Positions 48,324 to 57,959 of a stretch of DNA of 64,000 nt are shown piece after piece (the first letter of the stretch is position 1; each line of letters opens with the position of its first letter). This stretch comes from an uncultured Candidatus Saccharibacteria bacterium. Its GTDB lineage: Bacteria > Patescibacteriota > Minisyncoccia > Phycocordibacterales > Phycocordibacteraceae. A program made the position numbers and the translations under genes. A model generated the notes under the pieces. That model was not told the DNA's origin and ran no database searches. It saw only the letters and a program-made list of their open reading frames with translations. The DNA is taken from positions 3,588 to 67,587 of the forward strand of contig CAYNOO010000002.1 in assembly GCA_964398865.1 (NCBI GenBank), given 5' to 3'.

Positions 48324-49280
48324 ATGAATTTACACGACACTGCTTACGCGCTCATGCGAGATGGTAAGGGTGTGCTTGCAGCGGATGAAGACACTGCGAC
48401 CTTGGAGAAACGTTTTTCAATTTTTAATATTCCGTGCACAGAAGATTCGCGCCGAAGATATCGTGAGCTTGTATTTACGACACCGGGGATCGAATCGTTT
48501 CTCTCAGCGGTCATTCTTTCGGAAGAAGGAATGCGACAGAGCAGTGCGAGTGGAAATATTTTTTCAGAGCTTATCGCTTCAAAAGATATTCTTGTTGGTG
48601 TACATCTTGATGAAAATGTACCAGGCGATGTATCACGCATCCAAGAATATAAATCGCTTGCTGCGGTGTGCGTAAAAAAACGCATCACTATAGAAGTTGC
48701 AGACACGTCGAGTGAAAATTTTCGCACAGAGACGCAAAGTCTTGCAGAGTTCGCACGCGCCTGCCAAGAGAAATCTCTCGTTCCCATTTTAGGATTGGAA
48801 TTAGTACAGGTAGGTCCGCACACTGCCGCGCAAGCGGAAGATGCGCTCATCAAAGGTCTTTCTGTACTCGTTGATTCTCTCCAAACGAGCGGAGTGGATT
48901 ACAAGGGTCTGATTATTGAAACAAGTATGGCAAGCACGGGGACGGAGAATCCTTTACCTGCTGAGTCTCGCGAGGTTGCCGAGAGGACGGTGCGCGCGCT
49001 TTCCGTTGCTGTCCCAGCGTCTATTGGGGGAATTCTTTTCTTTTCTGATGGAGAAACTCCAGAATCCGCGACTGCAGACCTTAATGCAATTGCACGCTTA
49101 GAGCCGTTCCCGTGGTCTGTTGCATTTTGTTTTTCTCGTGCGCTCCAAGAACCAGTACTCAAGGTATGGCTGGGACAAGAAGAAAACGTAGCCGATGCAC
49201 AGGCTGCTCTGTACGCCCGACTTGCTTTGAATGTGCGGGCTGATGGTGCTGGATACGGTTTAGGAATGGAAGCCACTTGA
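48324..49280 (+). CDS. fba: fructose-bisphosphate aldolase, class I
   Basis: GKGVLAADEDTATLEKRF class I aldolase N-terminal motif. 318 aa. Confidence 0.8.
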   Translation: MNLHDTAYALMRDGKGVLAADEDTATLEKRFSIFNIPCTEDSRRRYRELVFTTPGIESFLSAVILSEEGMRQSSASGNIFSELIASKDILVGVHLDENVPGDVSRIQEYKSLAAVCVKKRITIEVADTSSENFRTETQSLAEFARACQEKSLVPILGLELVQVGPHTAAQAEDALIKGLSVLVDSLQTSGVDYKGLIIETSMASTGTENPLPAESREVAERTVRALSVAVPASIGGILFFSDGETPESATADLNAIARLEPFPWSVAFCFSRALQEPVLKVWLGQEENVADAQAALYARLALNVRADGAGYGLGMEAT

Positions 49281-49639
49281 GTTTTGTGTTGTATTTTGTT
49301 TTTCATCTTTTGCTCATTGCGTCTGTGTCAGAATGAGCTTTTGAACAGCTTCTGATAAATGGCTCTCTAGGCTCGTTTTGGGACGACGCCCCACCGAAAA
49401 ATTTGACAGCGGCTGCCTTTGTTACTTTTTGATTTTTAGATTGATATCCACACGATTTTTTCGGGTCAGTGATACCCACACCCATGTAGAATGCTCTATA
49501 CCTCCAGTCATTCCCGTTGTAATCTGTACGTCCCCCTAACACTTTGATTAACCGGACTGCTGAAAATAAACAATCAGCAGGACCGCAGAAAAAAACATTA
49601 AAAATTATTCCGCTCTAGGGCGGGCATCATCATCCGACC

Positions 49640-52360
49640 ATGACCACACTGCAGAAAACAAAAAAGAGAAACGGAACTATCGTTGATTTCAATCAGGAAA
49701 AAATCGTTTCTGCAGTCTCTAAGGCATTTTTTGAAGTTCTTCAGGATACGCATAGTGATGAATCACAGGCTATAGGTGAGGCTGTCGCGAGCGCTGTTCG
49801 CCTTCGTTACGCTGGCACGGCTTCCATACCCTCGGTTGAGGAAATTCAGGATCTTGTAGAGCATTCTTTGATGGAGCGCTCATATTTTGATGTCGCGAAG
49901 GCATACATCATCTACCGTTACGAGCACGCAAAGATTCGCGAAGAGAAACAAGAAGAAGTAGTCAAGAAAATCGAAGAGCGCGGACTCTTAATTGTAAAAC
50001 GAAACGGGGAACGCGAAATATTTTCTATCGATCAGATACGCAAGACCATCCAGTTCAGCGTGTTGCCTGAGAATGTGCGTGCAGTCGACATTGACGGCTT
50101 CATTTCTCAAGTGCAACGCGAAGTGTATGACGGCATCTCGACAAAAGAAATTGAGCGCACGCTCATCATGGTTGCGCGCTCGATGATTGAACGCGATCCT
50201 GCATACAATCAGCTCGCTGCGCAACTTCTTTTGAATTCTCTCTACAACGAAGTGCTGCACACCGACGCTATTTCTATTGTGTCCGGAGATTTCGACACGA
50301 CGTACCGCGCTGCATTCGTTAAGAACGTGAAGACTGCGGTGGAATTGAAACAGCTCGATGAGCGAATACTTTCTTTTGATCTTTCAAAGATTGCAGCAGC
50401 ACTTCGACCTGAGCGCGATCGCTTGTTGAAATACATTGGTGTCGCGACTCTCTCTGATCGCTACCTCATTCATAACAAAGAAAACAAGCAGCCTCTCGAG
50501 ACTCCGCAGATGCTCTACATGCGTGTTGCGATGGGAGTTGCATTGAATGAGAAAGAAAACCGCGAAGCATGGGCAATCCGTTTCTACGAGATGCTCTCAA
50601 CCTTGCGCTTCGTTCCTTCAACGCCGACCTTGTTCCACTCCGGCATGCCGCGCGCACAGCTTTCCTCTTGCTACCTCAACACCGTTGAAGATGATTTGGA
50701 CCAGATATTCAAGGTATATGGTGACAATGCGCAGATGTCCAAGTGGGCAGGCGGCATCGGCACTGACTGGACGAACCTTCGCGCTACTGGCGCCTATATA
50801 AAGAAGGCAGGTATTACATCCCAGGGCGTCGTACCGTTCTTGAAGATTGCAAACGACGTTACGGTGGCTATAAACCGCTCTGGTAGGCGCCGCGGAGCCA
50901 CTGCTGTTTACCTTGAGACATGGCACTACGACATTGAAGACTTCTTGGAGCTCCGTAAGAACACGGGAGATGAGAGACGCCGTACGCACGACATGAACAC
51001 GGCGAACTGGATTCCGGACTTGTTTATGAAACGCGTGCGTGAGAACGGCTCGTGGACATTGTTCTCTCCTGATGAGACGCCAGATCTTCACCACATCTAC
51101 GGCAAGAAATTCGAAGAAGCCTACGCTCGTTATGAGAAGCTCGCTGACGAAGGGAAGATAAAACTCTTCAAGAGAATGAAGGCAGGGGATTTGTGGAAGA
51201 AGATGCTTGCGATGCTCTACGAGACGGGACACCCATGGATTACGTTCAAAGATCCCAGCAATATCCGCTCTCCGCAAGACCACGTAGGCGTCATACACAA
51301 CTCAAACCTCTGCACAGAGATTACACTCAACAATTCAAAAGATGAGACTGCTGTCTGCAACTTGGGCTGGGTGAATTTCGCGATGCATGTGACTGGCAGC
51401 GCATTTGATCGAGAGAAAGTGAAAGAAACAGTGACGGTTGGTATGCGCATGCTCGACAATGTGATTGATCTCAACTTCTATCCGACGATTGAAGGAAGAA
51501 ACTCAAACATGCGACATCGACCAGTTGGCTTGGGTGTTGGCGGATTCCAGGATGCGCTCTACCAGCTCAATATCGATTTTGCATCTGAAGCATGCGTGCA
51601 GTTTGCTGATGAGAGTATGGAGATTCTTTCCTACTACTCGATACTCGCATCCACCGATCTTGCGCGCGAAAGGGGGGCGTATGAATCTTTTGCGGGGTCC
51701 AAGTGGGATCGAGGACTCTTGCCCGTCGACACTATCAAGCTTCTTGAAGATGAACGCGGAGAGACGATTGATGTGGCGCGTGACACCAAGCTTGATTGGA
51801 ATGCTATTCGCGACGCGATTAAGAAATACGGTATGCGCAATTCAAACTGCATGGCTATCGCTCCGACAGCCTCTACTTCGAACATTGTCTCAGTCGTTCC
51901 ATCCGTCGAACCTGTCTACAAGAACATCTACGTAGAATCCAACATCAGCGGTGACTTTACGGTGGTGAATCCGTACCTCGTTGAGGACTTGAAAAAACTG
52001 AATCTTTGGAATGATTCGATGTTGAACGAGTTGAAATATCAAGATGGCTCTGTCGGCAAGATTGCAGGCATTCCGCAAGCACTGAAAGATAAATATAAGG
52101 AAACGTTCGAGATAGATATGCGTTGGATAATTCGCGCTGCGGCATATCGCGGAAAGTGGATTGACCAGTCGCAGTCCTTGAACATCTTCTTCCGCGGCTC
52201 GTCAGGTAAGGAGCTTTCCGAGATTTACTTCTATGCATGGGAGATGGGCTTGAAGACGACGTATTACCTCCGCTCGCTCGCTGCAACTCAAGTCGAGAAA
52301 GCGACCGTTTCCACCAAGGAATTCGGCTCCACCACACGCGCGATCAGAATGCAGGCGTAG
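49640..52360 (+). CDS. nrdA: ribonucleoside-diphosphate reductase alpha subunit (class Ia) with an N-terminal ATP-cone
   Basis: An ATP-cone (KRNGTIVDFNQEKI), the RNR large-subunit core and a C-terminal YY (TTYYLRS). The expected CxxC tail is not in this frame. Confidence 0.9.
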   Translation: MTTLQKTKKRNGTIVDFNQEKIVSAVSKAFFEVLQDTHSDESQAIGEAVASAVRLRYAGTASIPSVEEIQDLVEHSLMERSYFDVAKAYIIYRYEHAKIREEKQEEVVKKIEERGLLIVKRNGEREIFSIDQIRKTIQFSVLPENVRAVDIDGFISQVQREVYDGISTKEIERTLIMVARSMIERDPAYNQLAAQLLLNSLYNEVLHTDAISIVSGDFDTTYRAAFVKNVKTAVELKQLDERILSFDLSKIAAALRPERDRLLKYIGVATLSDRYLIHNKENKQPLETPQMLYMRVAMGVALNEKENREAWAIRFYEMLSTLRFVPSTPTLFHSGMPRAQLSSCYLNTVEDDLDQIFKVYGDNAQMSKWAGGIGTDWTNLRATGAYIKKAGITSQGVVPFLKIANDVTVAINRSGRRRGATAVYLETWHYDIEDFLELRKNTGDERRRTHDMNTANWIPDLFMKRVRENGSWTLFSPDETPDLHHIYGKKFEEAYARYEKLADEGKIKLFKRMKAGDLWKKMLAMLYETGHPWITFKDPSNIRSPQDHVGVIHNSNLCTEITLNNSKDETAVCNLGWVNFAMHVTGSAFDREKVKETVTVGMRMLDNVIDLNFYPTIEGRNSNMRHRPVGLGVGGFQDALYQLNIDFASEACVQFADESMEILSYYSILASTDLARERGAYESFAGSKWDRGLLPVDTIKLLEDERGETIDVARDTKLDWNAIRDAIKKYGMRNSNCMAIAPTASTSNIVSVVPSVEPVYKNIYVESNISGDFTVVNPYLVEDLKKLNLWNDSMLNELKYQDGSVGKIAGIPQALKDKYKETFEIDMRWIIRAAAYRGKWIDQSQSLNIFFRGSSGKELSEIYFYAWEMGLKTTYYLRSLAATQVEKATVSTKEFGSTTRAIRMQA

Positions 52361-52374
52361 AGGCTGGAAATGCA

Positions 52375-52509
52375 ATGTCTGCTACAAAGGCTGCACCTGT
52401 AGTTCCAGTGCCGCAAGCAGCTCCGGTTGCTGTTGCTTCAGCTCCCGCGGCACCCCGAACCTATGTCTTGCATCGTGCTCTTGCAGCAGCGTGCGAGTCG
52501 TGTGAGTAA
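52375..52509 (+). CDS. 44-aa Ala/Pro-rich ORF ending ...AAACESCE (RNR R1-type CxxC tail, out of frame with nrdA)
   Basis: Frame 1 stays open across the nrdA stop, back to at least 52237. Confidence 0.3.
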   Translation: MSATKAAPVVPVPQAAPVAVASAPAAPRTYVLHRALAAACESCE

Positions 52510-52608
52510 ATAGATTCAGGATTCATGAAGCATGATTCAAGAATTCTGAAAAACCTTATATATCCCATTTATTAATTCTTGAATCCTGATTCTTAACTCT
52601 TCTCGCTT

Positions 52609-53643
52609 ATGGCAATACAAAGGAACGCAAAACCCGTCGACGTGAACCTCCGTCGCATCATAAATGGTGTCGAAGCGGACGTTATTCAGCTCTATCCTAT
52701 ACGCCATAAGTTTGCGTGGGAGTACTACAACGCGGCAAACTCCAACCACTGGCTTCCGACAGAAATCTCCATGCAGCTCGACATCGAACAGTGGAAGTCG
52801 CCAACCGCTCTGACCTCAGACGAGCGACACGCGTTCGAGACTATTCTCGGGTTCTTTACCACCGCTGACTCAATCGCCGCAAACAATATTGTCATTGGTT
52901 TCTACAAGCATGTCACCAGTCCTGAGGTGCGCATGTATTTGCTTCGCCAGGCATATGAGGAAGCGATTCATACGCATGCGTATCAGTACATCGTGGAGTC
53001 CTTAGGCATGGATGAATCGAAGATATTCAACATGTACCGCGAAGTTGACGCCCTCTACAATAAGGAAGCATTCATTCTCTCGTTTAATGAAGGAATCTTC
53101 GAGAGCAATTTCAAGACCGGCACGTTCGAGGCTGACCAGAAATTCTTAGAGAACTGGTGCGTCTTCTCACTTATCTTGGAGGGTATTTTCTTCTACTCAT
53201 CGTTTGCAGTCATGTTCGGCTTCCAGCGACAGCACAAGCTTACCGGTTCTGCCGAGCAGATTCAGTACATCATGCGCGATGAGTCCATGCACTTGAACTT
53301 CGGCTTGGAAATCATCAATGCTATTCGCGAAGAGAATCCGGAATTGTGGACCAAAAGCTTTCAGGATCGCATCATCGAACTCGTACACCAGGCAGTGAAA
53401 TTGGAATACACCTACGCGAAGGACGTCTTTCCGACAGGAATTTTCGGCTTGAACGCGGACGGCTTCAAGGAATATATTCAATTCATTGCGGACAGAAGAC
53501 TTGAGCGTGTTGGATTGCCTGCGCAGTTCCATTCACAAAACCCATTTCCATGGATGAGCGAGGCGATTGACTTGGCTAAGAAAAAGAATTTCTTCGAAAC
53601 GAGAGTGACGGAATACAAAACAGGCGGAGCCCTCAACTGGTAA
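52609..53643 (+). CDS. nrdB: ribonucleoside-diphosphate reductase beta subunit (class Ia)
   Basis: Ferritin-like di-iron motifs (YEEAIHTHAY, ESMHLNF). Confidence 0.9.
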   Translation: MAIQRNAKPVDVNLRRIINGVEADVIQLYPIRHKFAWEYYNAANSNHWLPTEISMQLDIEQWKSPTALTSDERHAFETILGFFTTADSIAANNIVIGFYKHVTSPEVRMYLLRQAYEEAIHTHAYQYIVESLGMDESKIFNMYREVDALYNKEAFILSFNEGIFESNFKTGTFEADQKFLENWCVFSLILEGIFFYSSFAVMFGFQRQHKLTGSAEQIQYIMRDESMHLNFGLEIINAIREENPELWTKSFQDRIIELVHQAVKLEYTYAKDVFPTGIFGLNADGFKEYIQFIADRRLERVGLPAQFHSQNPFPWMSEAIDLAKKKNFFETRVTEYKTGGALNW

Positions 53644-53855
53644 GAGGTCGCTCGCACCCATTATTCGGGAAACGCTCGGCTTCTCCTGCGGAAGCCTCGC
53701 TCGTCCTCGACCGAACTCTGCTTCGCAGACCAAGCAGTTCGGTCTGCGAATGTTCGCGAATAATGGATACTCGCTTTTAAGTGAAAGGAGGCGCGTGGTA
53801 GGCGGATGTTTGTTTGTAGTCCATAGGTATTAAAGTGGAAATAAAACCTTGACAG

Positions 53856-54266
53856 GTGTTTGTTTTATGCTTTTATGTTTGTGTGGATCAAATAAAGAGA
53901 TTTGAATATCGTGGATTTGATCCGAAGGAAAAGATCCCTCATGGCACAGAGGATGAAGAATTCGGAATGCCTAAGCATTGGTGCGCTATCTGTAAGGATT
54001 GGATAGTGGGCGATAGGGAATGGCGTAAGCACTTAAAAGTTACTGGACATCGAGAACCAGAAACCACCATGAGACCTACATCAGAAAAAATTACATGGGA
54101 AAGAGCTAAGGTACCGCATCATGGTGCGGTTATGGTGGAGAAGGAGGGTGGCGCGCTGAAGCGATATTGCAGTTTCTGTGAGGAATGGAAGAGCGATGAG
54201 GGATGGCTTGATCACATCAACAAGACAGGTCATCGTACCGTTTTTCCGGATCCGAAAAAGCAGTAA
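53856..54266 (+). CDS. tandem C2H2 (U1/matrin-type-like) zinc-finger protein
   Basis: Two C-x2-C-x12-H-x5-H units (WCAICKDWIVGDREWRKHLKVTGH and YCSFCEEWKSDEGWLDHINKTGH). The true start is probably the Met at 53967. Confidence 0.5.
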   Translation: MFVLCFYVCVDQIKRFEYRGFDPKEKIPHGTEDEEFGMPKHWCAICKDWIVGDREWRKHLKVTGHREPETTMRPTSEKITWERAKVPHHGAVMVEKEGGALKRYCSFCEEWKSDEGWLDHINKTGHRTVFPDPKKQ

Positions 54267-54275
54267 ACAAGAATT

Positions 54276-55808
54276 ATGTCTGATAGTTTTATTACAACCG
54301 CTGCCAAGCGGATTTTGTTTTTGTGGCATACTGGAGAAATGTTTGGGTTTTTGAAAAAGACTGACGCGCCGGTACCGGTCACTCTTTACAACACGCTTTC
54401 AAAGACGAAAGAAGAATTTAAGCCGATAGCTGGCAAAAAGGTGAAGATGTACACCTGCGGACCCACGGTCTACGACTATGCGCATATTGGAAACCTGCGC
54501 GCCTATGTCTTTGCCGATACACTTCGCCGGACGCTTGAATACGCGGGGTATAGCGTGAAGCAAATAATCAATATTACGGACGTGGGGCATCTGGCTCAGG
54601 ATTCGGATGATGGCGAAGATAAGATGACAGCGGCTCTGAAGCGCGAAGGCAAGGAGATGACCTTAGAGAACATGAAAGCTTTAGGGGAAGAGTATGCTGG
54701 GTTCTTCATTGAAGACATGAAGGCACTCAATGTGGAGATGCCGTTTGCATTCCCGCGAGCTTCTGACCATATATCTGAGCAGATTGCTTTCATCTCGAGC
54801 TTGTTTGAAAAGGGTTATGCATACAAGACGTCAGACGGCATGTATTTTGATACTGCAAAATTTCCATCCTACGGAACACTAGGTTTAGCTAATTCGGGTC
54901 GCATCATCTCATCTATAAGTGGGCAGCCAGGGCATGCGCGCGTAGCGGCAAACCCTGAGAAGCACGACCAGCGGGATTTTGCGCTTTGGAAATTCAATAA
55001 AACATTGGGATGGGAAGCGCCATGGGGAAAAGGCTTTCCTGGCTGGCATATTGAGTGCACGGCAATGGCAACGAAGTATCTTGGAAAGAGTTTTGACGTG
55101 CATACGGGCGGTATTGACCACATAGCGATTCATCACAACAATGAAATTGCTCAGGCTGAAGCGGTGTCAGGAAAACAGTATGTGAAATATTGGATGCATG
55201 GTGAATTCATCACGATTGAAGGAAAGCGTATTGGCAAATCTGAAGGGAATGCAATTCGCCTGTATCAGCTTCGCGAACGCGACGTGAGTCCAATGGCATA
55301 CAGATATCTACTGCTCACCGCGCATTATCGTTCGCTCTTGAATTTTACCTGGGAAGCAATTTCTGCCGCGCAGACCGCACTTCAAAGAGCGCAACGCGTG
55401 TTTGCAGATTTGCCCCTCGGCGGTCGTGTTTTGCCCACCTATCGTGCAAAATTTGAAGCCGCTATCAATGATGACCTTAATACGCCAGCGGCGATTGCGG
55501 TCCTATGGGAGCTGATCCGCGATGAATCGATAACCCCGGCAGATAAGCGGAAAACGATACTCGATTTTGACCGTGTTTTGGCTTTAGGGTTCGGCAGTGA
55601 TTTGCAATCAGAAGGTGCAAAACTTTCTGTCACTGAATTCTCTGATTTACCACCTGATATAGCATCCCTCGTCAAAGAGCGCGAAGAGGCAAGGAAAGCT
55701 AAAAATTGGGCACGAGCTGATGAATTACGGTTATCTTTAGAGGAACAGGGATTTGTCCTTGAAGATGGCACGGACGGTCCTATAGTCAGAAATACCCGAG
55801 AGGGCTAG
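54276..55808 (+). CDS. cysS: cysteinyl-tRNA synthetase
   Basis: MYTCGPTVYDYAHIGN HIGH-region, KMSKS-like KSEGN, an anticodon-binding domain and a DALR-like C-terminus. The start may be the internal Met at 54339. Confidence 0.9.
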   Translation: MSDSFITTAAKRILFLWHTGEMFGFLKKTDAPVPVTLYNTLSKTKEEFKPIAGKKVKMYTCGPTVYDYAHIGNLRAYVFADTLRRTLEYAGYSVKQIINITDVGHLAQDSDDGEDKMTAALKREGKEMTLENMKALGEEYAGFFIEDMKALNVEMPFAFPRASDHISEQIAFISSLFEKGYAYKTSDGMYFDTAKFPSYGTLGLANSGRIISSISGQPGHARVAANPEKHDQRDFALWKFNKTLGWEAPWGKGFPGWHIECTAMATKYLGKSFDVHTGGIDHIAIHHNNEIAQAEAVSGKQYVKYWMHGEFITIEGKRIGKSEGNAIRLYQLRERDVSPMAYRYLLLTAHYRSLLNFTWEAISAAQTALQRAQRVFADLPLGGRVLPTYRAKFEAAINDDLNTPAAIAVLWELIRDESITPADKRKTILDFDRVLALGFGSDLQSEGAKLSVTEFSDLPPDIASLVKEREEARKAKNWARADELRLSLEEQGFVLEDGTDGPIVRNTREG

Positions 55809-55859
55809 CTGACCGTTACCCCTATGGTATTCTGTTTTCATTAACCACATACACTTTTT

Positions 55860-56387
55860 ATGAGCAGAAAAAATATAAATATTATTGTCATATTGGCAGT
55901 CGCTGTCGTTGTTATTTTCATCGGACTCGGGTTTATGGGTCTCGGCGGATTTGGCAGCATTGCTGCTCCTCAAACAGAAGAGACTGGAGCACAAGCGATT
56001 TTGAATGAAATTCAGGATACTGGCACTGTTGCTGATCTTCGCGTTCAGGAAATCACGGTAGGAGAGGGCGACCCTGTTGCCGCAGGCGACACGTTAAGTG
56101 TTGTGTACATCGGCGTCTTGCCGGACGGGACAGTCTTTGATTCCACAGATGCGCATGGCGGCGTACCCTACACGTTCACTATTGGCACAGGAGCGGTTAT
56201 CCAAGGATGGGAAAAAGGATTGATTGGCATGAAAGAGGGCGGCAGGCGTCTCCTTGCTGTGCCTCCAGCACTTGGCTACGGCTCGGAACCATACGGAGAG
56301 ATTCCTGCGAATGCCACATTAATCTTTGACGTACAGCTCGTGAAGCGAGTGCCTGCAGGTGCTCCCGTGACTCCCGCGGTAGAGTAG
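55860..56387 (+). CDS. FKBP-type peptidyl-prolyl cis-trans isomerase, membrane-anchored
   Basis: N-terminal transmembrane segment plus an FKBP domain (VVYIGVLPDGTVFDST...IQGWEKGLIGMKEGGRRLLAVPPALGYG...LIFDVQL). Confidence 0.85.
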   Translation: MSRKNINIIVILAVAVVVIFIGLGFMGLGGFGSIAAPQTEETGAQAILNEIQDTGTVADLRVQEITVGEGDPVAAGDTLSVVYIGVLPDGTVFDSTDAHGGVPYTFTIGTGAVIQGWEKGLIGMKEGGRRLLAVPPALGYGSEPYGEIPANATLIFDVQLVKRVPAGAPVTPAVE

Positions 56388-56392
56388 CACTA

Positions 56393-57631
56393 ATGTCGTC
56401 AGACCGGTTTTCCTTCACGATTGAACACGCGCTCCCCAATGGAGCGCGTGTTGGCGTTATTGAGACTCCGCACGGTTCTTTCCATACGCCGGCATTCGTG
56501 ACGGTTGGCACTAAAGCAACAGTGAAAGCGGTACTGCCTGATGATTTGAAAGAGCGAGTTGGAGCAGAAGTAGCACTGGCAAACACGTATCATCTTTTCC
56601 TTCAGCCAGGTGAGGACATTATTGCGGAAGCTGGAGGGCTTCATGCGTTCATGGGGTGGAGCGGTCCTTTGATGACAGATTCGGGAGGCTTCCAAGTGTT
56701 CTCGCTCGGCGTAGGATTTGGGAAAGGTGTTTCAAAATTCACTTCCACCTCAGATGTAGGACATACGATGTCCTACATGCCGACCCTTTACGATGAGGAA
56801 GTACGCTCGCAGCATGGCAAACTCGCCATTGTCGACGATGAAGGGGTTTCTTTTACGTCACACTTAGACGGTACCCTATACCGCTTTACTCCTGAGCGCT
56901 CGATCGAGATACAGCATAAGCTCGGCGCCGATATGTTCTTTGCGTTCGATGATTTCGTCTCGCCTGAAGCGCCACGCGAGGAGCAGATAAGCTCGATGCG
57001 TCGGACGCATGCGTGGGCGGAGCGATCCCTCACCACGCATCGCGCGAACCTTGAGGCTCGAAAACGCCAAGCTATGTACGGCATCGTGCAGGGAGGTAGG
57101 TATGCAGATTTGCGTCAGAAGAGCGCGGAAGAGATAGGCTCAATGGGTTTTGATGGCATCGGCATCGGTGGAACTTTTTCAAAAGCAGATTTGGGAGATA
57201 CGCTTCATGCTGCAATTCTCCCGCTACCAAAAGAATTGCCGCGGCACCTTCTTGGCATAGGGGAGCCGGAAGATATCTTTGAAGCGGTCGCGCGCGGTAT
57301 TGATTCGTTCGACTGCGTGCAGCCAACAAGACTTGCCCGAACCGGCACGATATATACTGCTCGCGGCAAGATAAATATTCTCAATGAAAAATATATTCGT
57401 GATTTTTCTCCACTTGATCTGGAAACCGGAGGCTACGCTTCTGAGCATTTTTCAAAAGCCTACCTCGCACACCTCTTTCGCGCGAAAGAAATGCTCGGCG
57501 CCACCATCGCCTCCTTGCATAATCTTTATTTCTTGACCTCGCTCATGAAGGATATCCGTTCCTCAATCCTGGAAGATAGGTTTGACGCATTTCGAGATTC
57601 TTTCCTCCAAAAGTATTTATTGAAGACATAA
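56393..57631 (+). CDS. tgt: queuine tRNA-ribosyltransferase
   Basis: FSFTIEHALPNGARVGVIETPHGSFHTPAFVTVGT N-terminus, a TIM barrel and a C-terminal Zn subdomain. Confidence 0.85.
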   Translation: MSSDRFSFTIEHALPNGARVGVIETPHGSFHTPAFVTVGTKATVKAVLPDDLKERVGAEVALANTYHLFLQPGEDIIAEAGGLHAFMGWSGPLMTDSGGFQVFSLGVGFGKGVSKFTSTSDVGHTMSYMPTLYDEEVRSQHGKLAIVDDEGVSFTSHLDGTLYRFTPERSIEIQHKLGADMFFAFDDFVSPEAPREEQISSMRRTHAWAERSLTTHRANLEARKRQAMYGIVQGGRYADLRQKSAEEIGSMGFDGIGIGGTFSKADLGDTLHAAILPLPKELPRHLLGIGEPEDIFEAVARGIDSFDCVQPTRLARTGTIYTARGKINILNEKYIRDFSPLDLETGGYASEHFSKAYLAHLFRAKEMLGATIASLHNLYFLTSLMKDIRSSILEDRFDAFRDSFLQKYLLKT

Positions 57632-57663
57632 CGTTTAAATGTCCGGTCGGACATTTAAACGTT
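57630..57663. terminator. perfect hairpin AACGTTTAAATGTCCGgtcgGACATTTAAACGTT (hairpin family B, copy 2)
   Basis: Starts at the tgt stop codon. Shares the AAATGTCCG/CGGACATTT core with 26157-26190. Confidence 0.6.
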
Positions 57664-57959
57664 ATCTGAGTACACGACTTTACAAGTAAATTTTTCCTGT
57701 TATTATCCTACACAATATGGCATTTGGAATGCGGGAGACAGCAGTTCGCACAGAGGGAGCATTTCAATGCGAAAGGTGCGAGGATAAAGGCGTTTACGAA
57801 ATGGGAGTCTGGAATAGATCTCTGCAAATTGAGCAAACTCGCTACAACGCATGTTATTGCAAGGAGGGAGAGCGGTGGCAAGCTATTCTTCCTGCCAATC
57901 GACCTTTCTGACGGTCATTTTGCTAAAACTAAGCGAGCACAAAAGAGTACAATGGGGGC

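Noticed and set aside
49281-49639. NrdR boxes upstream of nrdA
   Set aside because: I looked for the 16-bp ACACwAtATaTwGTGT palindromes and found no convincing match. Only a CTGCTGAaaataaacaaTCAGCAG hairpin is present.
57717-57911. 64-aa Cys-containing ORF (CERCED...CYCKEGE) upstream of rarA
   Set aside because: It has no ribosome-binding site and overlaps another small ORF in a different frame. The zinc-ribbon motifs are weak.
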